32,121 nucleotides of DNA from Candidatus Iainarchaeum sp. (lineage in GTDB: Archaea; Iainarchaeota; Iainarchaeia; Iainarchaeales; JAAZKV01): assembly GCA_018651445.1 (NCBI GenBank), contig JABIDZ010000089.1, positions 1 through 32,121 on the forward strand, given 5' to 3'. Below the pieces are notes generated by a model that worked only from the letters and a program-made list of their open reading frames with translations, did not search any database and was not told the DNA's origin. Positions 25,501 to 32,121 of the stretch are shown here, in pieces. The translations under genes were made by a program, and so were the position numbers. Each line of letters begins with the position of its first letter. Position 1 is the stretch's first letter.

Positions 25501-25873
25501 CTAAGTCTTTTGCTTGGGCCTTATCTAAAAATAATTCTGGTTCTTCTTCAGATTCATCCTCATCAGAATCTTCCTCATCTTCTGCTTCTTCCTCGTCGTC
25601 TTCCTCTTCGTCGTCATCTGTTTCTTCTTCGTCTTCTTCGCTATCCTCGTCCTCTTCTTCGCTTTCGTCGTCTTCCTCTTCTTCCGCGTCTTCTTCAGTT
25701 TTTCGTTTTTTCTTTTCTTTTTCACTTAGTTCTTCAGCTTTTGCTTTTAGTTTTTGTTTAGAAGCTTTCTTTTCGTCGTCTTCGCCAAACACGTCGTCGA
25801 AGATGTCGTCACTAGTATCAATACTCTTCTCTACACGATCATTGTCATAAACTGAATCTGCCATATTACTCAC
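22565..25873 (-). CDS. HerA/FtsK-superfamily (DUF87-like) ATPase with two acidic tracts
   Basis: Walker A CGARGSGKS, VVDP.G, Walker B WLFIDEAH, and KQGRRPGLSLVFATQQP. Confidence 0.88.
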   Translation of the reverse strand: MSNMADSVYDNDRVEKSIDTSDDIFDDVFGEDDEKKASKQKLKAKAEELSEKEKKKRKTEEDAEEEEDDESEEEDEDSEEDEEETDDDEEEDDEEEAEDEEDSDEDESEEEPELFLDKAQAKDLEKKARELEKKINPKKSKSNYNQIVKEGLAKSIEAGITAGSAAKVKEVTGKLNLKVEIDEEEIIKPKKKTKATPLEKNIIKNVIKNKANKATKKDDLADYLLKEHGTKEEGASAEWGFEKEAEVIGEKAELDALKAENANVKTKIKPKINFLMNEVTGNAYIGRKKSVLKKYGDQGGLHIGRVGEEELSKTPIYLDGLNPHVVFVCGARGSGKSYVLGVLAEELALKNKNVGIVVVDPIGVFWSMKHPNRDEKELELLAEWEIMPQGLDNLKVLIPVGMKDSVPKSTYNSTFSIQPSLLTAEDWALTFGMDRFSPTGLLLDKVLEKIKKGYTTKGDNPKQVRGKEQTYSIDDLVNCLEFDSELNDREKGYKPESIRAITSRFDAAKSWGIFDEAGTPLSMISRAGQMTILDTSFLDDTVSALVIGIISRRLLSARKLSTRREAAGKFEDNGVEDLVEINVPPTWLFIDEAHTLIPGGNSKTPASKAIVEYVKQGRRPGLSLVFATQQPSAIDSKVLSQLDVIMAHKLVFDDDVKAIQKRTPTIIPAPYKKPNFIKTLPVGTALTGDRQETTARAFVMNIRPRMSQHEGRDAETIEVKHDMGQEQVELLAMRITLKKLEKDPSIKIETLEQIIETLESTYKKKIAFETVQELLEEQGVEFDEERLYAKGVLAEMEAEETAENEEEDAESEDGEENEESEEDSEDRDEEDDDENDSEDDEEETDDDEDEDNDDEEYEASVELTALQPTVVEAQARLLLAKLRLKKALGLFGEEEIVDRLGMKYATLYKIRYNYFSQKDAFQVGEAYINSQTGEFIHDNKGSLVESVGLPQLLHLNEAEILAVKLLESKHDIHSLSENMGMEPGNVKRVLEKLAEKDMVKVEKQKDRMVYNLKEKIDLPPSPLHAIMPSIGKRPIIEVESVPLLRPNIEEKEAVDLIKKVWKNISVKEVTHLFLPVWEGVLKKKTGEERVVRIDAINGRQIK

Positions 25874-25926
25874 TTATTATTTCTCTAATTAAGAGGGAGT
25901 TTTTGCTTAAAAAACCTTTTCCTCTG

Positions 25927-26268
25927 CCTTTTCTTTTAAAAAAGAAAAGGTAAGTTGTCAAAAGAAAACTTTGGGGTTATGTTTGCTTTTTTCCATTACC
26001 TTTTTAAAAAGAATGAGAACAAATATTATCGTGTTGGGAGTGAACTTTACAAAGTTTTTACTTTGTTGAGTTCGGCAAAACAAATGTTTTGCAAGAGGAG
26101 ACAAATCACACCGTTTATCGGTTCCCTGGTTTGTCTTCTTTAATTTTATTTCTGTGCTTTCTTTTGATGTGACAAACGGTTGTTTGTAACACCCGTAAAA
26201 CTTTAGTTTTGTTAGGGAAAAGAAAGTAAAGTTCTACAAAGAAAAACGTGTTATCCTTTAGATAACAC
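25927..26268. repeat. Cluster of short palindromes (REP/MITE-like)
   Basis: Inverted repeats at 25927-25950, 26075-26092, 26096-26139, 26156-26227 and 26248-26268. Confidence 0.5.
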
Positions 26269-26281
26269 TAGTTTATTAGTT

Positions 26282-26614
26282 TTATTTGTCTGCGCCGTGT
26301 ACTTTTAACTCATGATTTTCTTTTCGCATATATAGTTTTCTCAAATTGTTTTCAGCGATATCTGCTAAGGTAAAACCTAGTTTATCCGCTAATGCAGAGA
26401 TATACCAGAGCGCGTCTCCTAGTTCTCCTGCTAAACCTTGTTTGTCTACTTCGCTTAGCACACCGTCTTTGTTTCGGTGAATGATTTTCATTCGCCCCGC
26501 GAATTCTCCTGCTTCGCTTACTAAACCAAGCGCATAATAATCTAGATTATTTTCTTTAGAAATAACATTCAAATCAGTTCGCTTAGCTCTTTCTTGATAC
26601 TCGTCTAAATTCAT
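26282..26614 (-). CDS. MazG-like nucleoside triphosphate pyrophosphohydrolase
   Basis: MNLDEYQ, ALGLVSEAGE, ELGDALWY and NLRKL..R motifs. An AGGAG SD lies upstream of the ATG at 26614. Confidence 0.9.
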   Translation of the reverse strand: MNLDEYQERAKRTDLNVISKENNLDYYALGLVSEAGEFAGRMKIIHRNKDGVLSEVDKQGLAGELGDALWYISALADKLGFTLADIAENNLRKLYMRKENHELKVHGADK

Positions 26615-26618
26615 TTTA

Positions 26619-27224
26619 TCACATCTCCTTAACTTTTTCATAAATTGTTTTCCAATCTTTACACGAAATAACGTTTGATTGATTATTCACATTTGCATGT
26701 TCATAAAGAAAAATAGTTCCATTGTATTCTTCACCTAAAAGTTCGGCTATTTGTGGTTTATCATCAATTACTCCAATAAACCGAGAATTATTTTCTTTGA
26801 TAAATTTTGCTTTCCATTCGTCTCCTTTGTTAAAAGGCAATTCTGATGGCCTACAAATAATTTCTGCTTTTGGAAAATTATTTTGTTCGAGCCATTTTTG
26901 TGTTCCGTCTTTTACTTTGTCTGGCCTTGTTGTTGTATACGCTGAAATGGGTATGATTTTACTAATCTTAGTCAGATATGTATTTGCTCCGTCAATTAAT
27001 GGGAGTTTCGTTTGTAGTTCATTTGAAAATCTTTGTTCTTCCATCCAAGCTTCTGCTTCTTTTGTTTGCCAGTAAGGTACATTTTGTGTGTATCTATATT
27101 TAGCAATCAATTGGTTTTGTGAAAGATTTTCAGGATTTCCAAATAATTTTTGCATTGTGCCTACCCAATAACCAATTGTCCATGAAAGTGTTTCATCAAT
27201 ATCTATTGCTAGTCCGGGGATCAT
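26619..27224 (-). CDS. HAD-superfamily 5'(3')-deoxyribonucleotidase-like phosphatase
   Basis: Motif I AIDIDETL, motif II TTRP, a conserved K and motif IV IDD. Probable start is the ATG at 27224. Confidence 0.8.
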   Translation of the reverse strand: MIPGLAIDIDETLSWTIGYWVGTMQKLFGNPENLSQNQLIAKYRYTQNVPYWQTKEAEAWMEEQRFSNELQTKLPLIDGANTYLTKISKIIPISAYTTTRPDKVKDGTQKWLEQNNFPKAEIICRPSELPFNKGDEWKAKFIKENNSRFIGVIDDKPQIAELLGEEYNGTIFLYEHANVNNQSNVISCKDWKTIYEKVKEM

Positions 27225-27365
27225 TTTATCAGTTAAGTTGTAATCCAAAACAGTTATAATTAGAAATGTAGAGTGAGTAATAATCAACAATCAGTTCTAA
27301 TCTCTAAGTTTATTAGAGCGAAATCTATATGAATAGTTTATTTTGTTTCTAGATTGTGTAGAAAA

Positions 27366-27713
27366 CTAGTTGAATTGATCTTTACACGCTTGTGCATACG
27401 AGTTATATGCGGTGGAAACAGCATTTCTACAACTTTCAATTGCTTCGCCAGTCTCGCCGTTACAATTTGAAGCAGAAATCTGTAACATGGCATCATACAT
27501 CGAACCACATTCTTTAAGCATAGCAGTGTTAATTGAATTTACTTTTGATTCCAATTCATTGATTTCAATTTGCATTGGCTGGGTAAGTTCTGCGATTGTT
27601 TTGTCTTGGTCTGCATTGTGTATTGCAAGATTGTTCATTTGTGTAAAAACAATTAGGAACAATAATAGAATTATTACGATTTGCACAATTATTACTTTCA
27701 TTAATTTGTCCAT
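27366..27713 (-). CDS. Hypothetical protein with an N-terminal TM, a coiled coil and 4 Cys
   Basis: ORF with a hydrophobic N-terminus and a TTTAAATA box about 25 nt upstream. Confidence 0.65.
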   Translation of the reverse strand: MDKLMKVIIVQIVIILLLFLIVFTQMNNLAIHNADQDKTIAELTQPMQIEINELESKVNSINTAMLKECGSMYDAMLQISASNCNGETGEAIESCRNAVSTAYNSYAQACKDQFN

Positions 27714-27820
27714 AGATTATGTTGATTTTTATTATATTTAAAGATTGTGCCGTTCATCAATTTTTCGTTGTAAAAATAGGGGCTGCTAAAAGCGCCCAAG
27801 TGCTGCCGGCTTGCCGGCAA

Positions 27821-27840
27821 CGCAGAGTGAGGACGTCGAA
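27821..27840 (-). repeat. Displaced copy of the tRNA-Ser 3' end (att-like)
   Basis: cgcagagtgagg is identical to 30997-31008, and the match is 16/20 through the T-loop. Confidence 0.6.
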
Positions 27841-27951
27841 AAAAAAGTTCAAATCTTTTTGTGATTCTCTCTCTTTGAGAGACCAATTTTGTCACATCTA
27901 TTAGAACTTTCATATATAAATATGTTGTGTTATTTAACATAAATTGTAGTA

Positions 27952-28509
27952 TTATTTTATGTCGCTTGGTAATTGTGTTAGCAAGTGATCTCGTACATTG
28001 GATGCCACTATTGGAGTATTGTTCAAAGTCATTGTTATTAAATATTCGTTTGAACTCCATGCGATATAATAAAGGTTTCTTACATCTCCGTCGTCGTTGT
28101 AGTATAACTTGCTTGTCCCATAATTGACGGTGTAAAAATTGTTTTCATTATGTTGTGAGTTGGATTTCATGAATTCAACTGCAGTATTCAGATTTTCTCT
28201 ATTCTCGAATTTCATTATGTTAACTATATTTGAACAAAAATCTCCATTTGTACAAATACCATTTGGATCACTAAAATTATATTTGACTGAAATTACTTTA
28301 TCTATTCCTTGGATCTGTGCTTTTATTGTATCGGGATTACAGTTCCATGCGTATTGACTGCTGTCATTTAGATAAACTCCCGAATCGGTAATATCAGGTA
28401 GGAATGAATGTAGTTCTGCATCTCCACAGTAAGTGTTTGTATCCGGGCCGAAGCATCCAAACACTAAAACAAAAAGCAACAATGGAACTATTACAAATAT
28501 CTTTTTCAT
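27952..28509 (-). CDS. Hypothetical lipoprotein
   Basis: MKK plus a hydrophobic core and LVFGC. Confidence 0.7.
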   Translation of the reverse strand: MKKIFVIVPLLLFVLVFGCFGPDTNTYCGDAELHSFLPDITDSGVYLNDSSQYAWNCNPDTIKAQIQGIDKVISVKYNFSDPNGICTNGDFCSNIVNIMKFENRENLNTAVEFMKSNSQHNENNFYTVNYGTSKLYYNDDGDVRNLYYIAWSSNEYLITMTLNNTPIVASNVRDHLLTQLPSDIK

Positions 28510-28553
28510 TTAAATCAATATATATTTGTTATTTGTATTTTTAAAAGTTTGCT

Positions 28554-29927
28554 TTAACGAGTTAATTCATCAATTTTGCTTTGAATTGCTTCTCTGCTGA
28601 TTCGATTGAATTCGTTTGATGTTTCCCAAAAGCGCATAAGACTATTTTGGGATGAGCGGTAATTTGTAATGCCTTTTGCATTCCAATAACAACCGGTTTC
28701 ATCTATACAATTGACTCCAATATTTGTTTCATCAAAAGAATACTGTGATGGGATTGCTCCACAAGCACCAGTATACGGATCTTCTTGATAGTAATCTTCA
28801 AAATTATTGGTTATGTTTTTTGCACATGTGATAAAGTTGTTAAAATCTTCAAATCGAGGAACTTGTGTATTTAAGTCACCTGAACACCATGTTGGGCAAC
28901 CCGTAATATCCACATTTGGTCGATTACTTAAATCCATGGTCGCCATTGTATTCGAATATTCATCACTTAGATTTGCAAATGCGTGCCCAAACTCATGAAC
29001 TAACATTTTTGTTGCTAAGGTTTTTTCGCTAACGGGTCCAGCTACGCGGCTCATCAACACTCGATTACTTCCACCCAAACCAAGCATTTCTATACCATCA
29101 AAATCTAAGATTGTTATTACAATTCGAGAATTTGTCATTCTTGCTATGTGATTGGCTCGGTTTACACAATTCTCTCCGCTTCCATGTTGAGTATTTCCCG
29201 TAGGATAACAGTTCAGATTAAAATCCGTATAATATACATTGAATTCATTGATGTTTTCTTTTAATGGAGAATAAGCAAAAAGACCATTGTGGTCTGCAAA
29301 TTTATCAACAAATTTTTCCAAGTCCGATTCTATTAAACTAGGATCCGAATATTTGTTAAACACAAATAATAAATTAATTTGATCCTTGTTGGAACCATTT
29401 TCCATGAATATGTTGATTGGAATCGTGCCACAATCAGCTAAACAGATTTCAGATGTTTCGTTAGCACCACAATTTAGATTTCCACAGTATTCATAATCTC
29501 GTATTTCTTCTTTTGGCTGGTTTATTAATTTTTGATAATTAAACTGATTGTATATGTGTAATATCTTTTCATCAGTACTTATTTCTTCAATGTTGTAGTC
29601 ATACTGAATATCGAACGCGCCAGTAAAACTAATTGTTTGATCATCGTAGTAATTAACATCTAGAATTATTGTAGAATTGTCTTCTAAGTTGGTAAGCGTT
29701 AAATTTGTTTCAGTTATTTTCCATGAATAATATTGTGTGCCAGGTTCTGGAATAGAATACCATGTGTCAAATATTGTGTTCGTATTTGAGCAATCTTCTG
29801 GGCAGTTTTGGTAATTCTCATTGTCATTACATAACTCGTCTCCGCAAAAAGATCTTTCATAACATCCCAAAGTTGAAAAGAGAAACAGCACCAGAATTAG
29901 GATAGTAACCAAACTATATGTCTTCAT
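28554..29927 (-). CDS. M64-family (IgA peptidase-like) zinc metallopeptidase lipoprotein
   Basis: Lipobox STLGC; YSPLKENINEFNVY, HEFGHAFANLSDEY and SLMR; CGD..C...E....CP.DC repeats. Confidence 0.82.
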   Translation of the reverse strand: MKTYSLVTILILVLFLFSTLGCYERSFCGDELCNDNENYQNCPEDCSNTNTIFDTWYSIPEPGTQYYSWKITETNLTLTNLEDNSTIILDVNYYDDQTISFTGAFDIQYDYNIEEISTDEKILHIYNQFNYQKLINQPKEEIRDYEYCGNLNCGANETSEICLADCGTIPINIFMENGSNKDQINLLFVFNKYSDPSLIESDLEKFVDKFADHNGLFAYSPLKENINEFNVYYTDFNLNCYPTGNTQHGSGENCVNRANHIARMTNSRIVITILDFDGIEMLGLGGSNRVLMSRVAGPVSEKTLATKMLVHEFGHAFANLSDEYSNTMATMDLSNRPNVDITGCPTWCSGDLNTQVPRFEDFNNFITCAKNITNNFEDYYQEDPYTGACGAIPSQYSFDETNIGVNCIDETGCYWNAKGITNYRSSQNSLMRFWETSNEFNRISREAIQSKIDELTR

Positions 29928-30001
29928 ATTTTAATGAAGTACTTTGGAATATAAATAATTAACTTTTATTATGGTGTGGGCGGGTGATGATATTGGCAGG
30001 A

Positions 30002-30934
30002 TTATTCGTTTAGTGCATTTTTGTATTGTTTTTTGAATCGTTTGACTAGTAGTTTTGCTAGTGCAGACCCAGAGTTTTCTTTATTGCATTTGTCTAGTGC
30101 CTTGAAGTATTTTGCTTTTTCTTTTGTTTTTATATCAATCATTTGGTATCCGTTTTGATGTATTATGTAATTCATTATTACTCGGCTTGTTCGGCCGTTT
30201 CCATCTTGGAATGGATGAATTTTTACAAATTTCCAGTGTGCCCATGCGGCTAGTTCTAACGGATGTAGTTTTGACTTTAATTTGTGATACTCGGCAATAT
30301 AATTTTTCATATCTGTCAAAACATATTTTGCCGGCGTGGTTTTGAAGTCTGCGTTTCGTACATAGTTGTCTCGTGTTTTATAGTGCCCAGCAATATGTGG
30401 TTTTGTGTCTTTGAAATAGAGTTCGTGTAATTTGTGAATAAATTTATCAGATAGTCTCTCTTTTGACTCTTTAATATAGTTCAAAACTTTTTCAGCGTTT
30501 TTTGCTTCAAGTATATCTTCTAAGTCTTTGTTTGGTGCAAGATTTTCTTCTAAGATTAAAGCAACTTCCTTTGCTGTTAATGTGCTACCTTCAATAGAGT
30601 TTGAATTGAAAACAAATGTATTTACAAAGTTCTGCCCGAATTGTTCTTTACCGGTTGGATTAAGTTTGTTGAATCGTTTTATGAATGCATTGTTAATTTC
30701 ATCAATTTCATTTATTTCAATGTTTGTTAAATAGTGGAAACCAAAAATTTTCTTTCGTTCTTTTTCAATTTCTTTTTTGAAAGAAATAAATAATGATTCT
30801 AATGTTTTCTCAGAAGGTTTTTGTGTTCCAATATATTTTCGGAATTGTTTTCTTGTTTTGTTTGGAAGAGTAATTGATTCAACGAGGTAATAATATATAT
30901 TTTTGCCTCTTCGCGATTCTGCTAAATAAACCAT
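30002..30934 (-). CDS. Fic family protein
   Basis: Canonical HPFQDGNGRTSR motif and an SNSIEG inhibitory-helix motif. Confidence 0.93.
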   Translation of the reverse strand: MVYLAESRRGKNIYYYLVESITLPNKTRKQFRKYIGTQKPSEKTLESLFISFKKEIEKERKKIFGFHYLTNIEINEIDEINNAFIKRFNKLNPTGKEQFGQNFVNTFVFNSNSIEGSTLTAKEVALILEENLAPNKDLEDILEAKNAEKVLNYIKESKERLSDKFIHKLHELYFKDTKPHIAGHYKTRDNYVRNADFKTTPAKYVLTDMKNYIAEYHKLKSKLHPLELAAWAHWKFVKIHPFQDGNGRTSRVIMNYIIHQNGYQMIDIKTKEKAKYFKALDKCNKENSGSALAKLLVKRFKKQYKNALNE

Positions 30935-30941
30935 AATAATA

Positions 30942-30994
30942 TGTTACACAAAACAATATATAAATCTATGTGTAACAGAAGAAAGTGTGTAACA
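30942..30994 (-). promoter_or_regulatory. fic promoter with a putative operator
   Basis: TGTTACACA (30942-30950) and TGTGTAACA (30969-30977, 30986-30994) flank a minus-strand TTTATATA box at 30957-30964. Confidence 0.65.
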
Positions 30995-30996
30995 AG

Positions 30997-31080
30997 CGCA
31001 GAGTGAGGGATTTGAACCCCCGCTCCCGGTAGGGAACCCGCTCTCAAGGCGGGCGCGTTTGACCACTCCGCCAACTCTGC
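30997..31080 (-). tRNA. tRNA-Ser(UGA)
   Basis: Acceptor stem GCAGAGT/ACTCTGC, anticodon arm CCCGC-CTTGAGA-GCGGG, long variable arm, GTTCAAATC T-loop and discriminator G. CCA is not encoded. Confidence 0.95.
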
Positions 31081-31195
31081 ATAATACTTGGAATCGTGAG
31101 GGTTTTTAAATTTAGCGAAGAGCAAAAAACTAGCTTTCTTTCACTCTACAAATTAATTTTTATATTGTTTAGCTCCACTTATAAAAGGTGGTATA

Positions 31196-31570
31196 ATGAC
31201 TGAATTAAATCAAGTTTACAAGTGCAAGGTTTGCGGTAATATCGTGAATGTATTACATAGAGGCATGGGAGAACTAGTTTGTTGTGGTGTTCCAATGGAA
31301 TTACAAGTAGAGAAAACTGGTGAAGAAGGAAACGAAAAACACAAACCAATAATAGAAAAAACAGATAGCGGAACGGTAATTAAAGTTGGTTCTGTGGATC
31401 ATCCAATGGAAGGAGCTCATCACATAGAATGGATAGAAGCGGTTGTTGGCGACAAGGTTTTGAGAAAGAATCTAAAAGTTGGCGAAAAACCCGAAATGAA
31501 GTTATGTGATGTAGAAATAACTTCTGCTCGCGCATATTGTAATATGCATGGTTTGTGGAAAAGCGATTAG
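31196..31570 (+). CDS. dfx: Desulfoferrodoxin (2Fe superoxide reductase)
   Basis: CKVCGN...CCG centre I; EKH, HPM...H and CNMHG centre II. Confidence 0.95.
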   Translation: MTELNQVYKCKVCGNIVNVLHRGMGELVCCGVPMELQVEKTGEEGNEKHKPIIEKTDSGTVIKVGSVDHPMEGAHHIEWIEAVVGDKVLRKNLKVGEKPEMKLCDVEITSARAYCNMHGLWKSD

Positions 31571-31578
31571 GTGGTATA

Positions 31579-31713
31579 ATGGACAAACAAAGAATACAAA
31601 ATGTTCTTCGAAGACTAGAAGACTTAGCAGATAATCTTGAAAAAGAATCTGTGTATTACCGAAAAAGCATTAAAGAAATCAAGGATGAACTAAAAGAAGA
31701 AGGCTTTCTCTAG
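31579..31713 (+). CDS. Small 44-aa helical protein, hypothetical
   Basis: MDKQRIQNVLRRLEDLADNLEKESVYYRKSIKEIKDELKEEGFL. The SD/start context AGGTGGTATAATG is the same as for dfx. Confidence 0.7.
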   Translation: MDKQRIQNVLRRLEDLADNLEKESVYYRKSIKEIKDELKEEGFL

Positions 31714-31724
31714 GGAAAGCTTTT

Positions 31725-32121
31725 TTACATTCCAAAGCTTAGGAAAAAGAAGATAACTAGTATTATTGATCCAACAATTAAGAGGATTAATAATATTCCT
31801 ATTGCGCTGATTATGAATTCTCCGATTCCGCGAGACACTTTTTCATCGGGTTCTTCAAGAGAATAATCGGGCACTATTTCTGGTTCGCGTATTTCTATCT
31901 TTGGTTTTCGTATCTCTACTTTAATCTTTTTCTTTACTTTCTTTTTTATTTCTCTAACAAAATCGCTTGGCCAAGGCTCTTCTATCTTTTTTGGATTCAA
32001 CCAATCAAGTTGCCAATTAAGTGGTTTTGTAATAAAGTCGCTTGGTAATGGTTTTTCAATTTTTTCATATTCTAACCACGGAATTTTTATGTCTTGGTAT
32101 GGATTTGCTTTTGATTTTCTA
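31725..32121 (-). CDS. C-terminal part of a tail-anchored membrane protein (starts beyond the right edge)
   Basis: The frame stays open to the window edge. It has repeated WL...KIE.P.PSDF units and a C-terminal TM. Confidence 0.7.
   Translation of the reverse strand, partial: RKSKANPYQDIKIPWLEYEKIEKPLPSDFITKPLNWQLDWLNPKKIEEPWPSDFVREIKKKVKKKIKVEIRKPKIEIREPEIVPDYSLEEPDEKVSRGIGEFIISAIGILLILLIVGSIILVIFFFLSFGM

Larger units (their letters stand above)
27821..31008. mobile_element. tRNA-Ser-anchored genomic islet with no integrase
   Basis: Direct repeats of the tRNA 3' end flank three accessory genes. Confidence 0.5.

Noticed and set aside
25955..26143. 62-aa ORF in the palindrome-rich spacer
   Set aside because: It has a TTG start, no SD and no motif, and is better explained as non-coding repeats.
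30997..31080. tRNA-Leu or tRNA-Sec
   Set aside because: The anticodon on the coding strand is TGA (Ser), not TCA. The acceptor stem is 7 bp and the discriminator is G.
30922..31125. 67-aa ORF
   Set aside because: It overlaps the tRNA-Ser gene and the fic promoter.

Overview
AT-rich archaeal chromosomal segment. Gene content, the stand-alone 5S rRNA and the divergent ribosomal proteins suggest a DPANN-type archaeon, possibly Diapherotrites/Iainarchaeota (inference). Core genes are aglB (partial), a ferredoxin, an HldA/RfaE-like kinase, 5S rRNA, a B12-binding radical SAM enzyme, tbp, the ftsZ-secE-spt5-rpl11-rpl1-rpl10-rpl12 cluster, a Lon-like S16 protease, an SMC-family ATPase, rpl44e, a HerA-like ATPase, MazG and HAD nucleotidases, tRNA-Ser(UGA) and desulfoferrodoxin. 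The most unusual items are: (1) an SMC with condensin-type heads but a central Rad50-like CPVC zinc hook and no visible hinge; (2) a 107-bp multi-hairpin element between 29-bp duplications of the ferredoxin 3' end; (3) a 1187-aa glycoside-hydrolase/Cys-repeat surface protein that interrupts the ftsZ-secE cluster; (4) a roughly 3.2-kb integrase-less island bounded by a duplicated tRNA-Ser 3' end; (5) several structured intergenic RNA candidates. All family calls come from motif recognition by eye; no searches were run.
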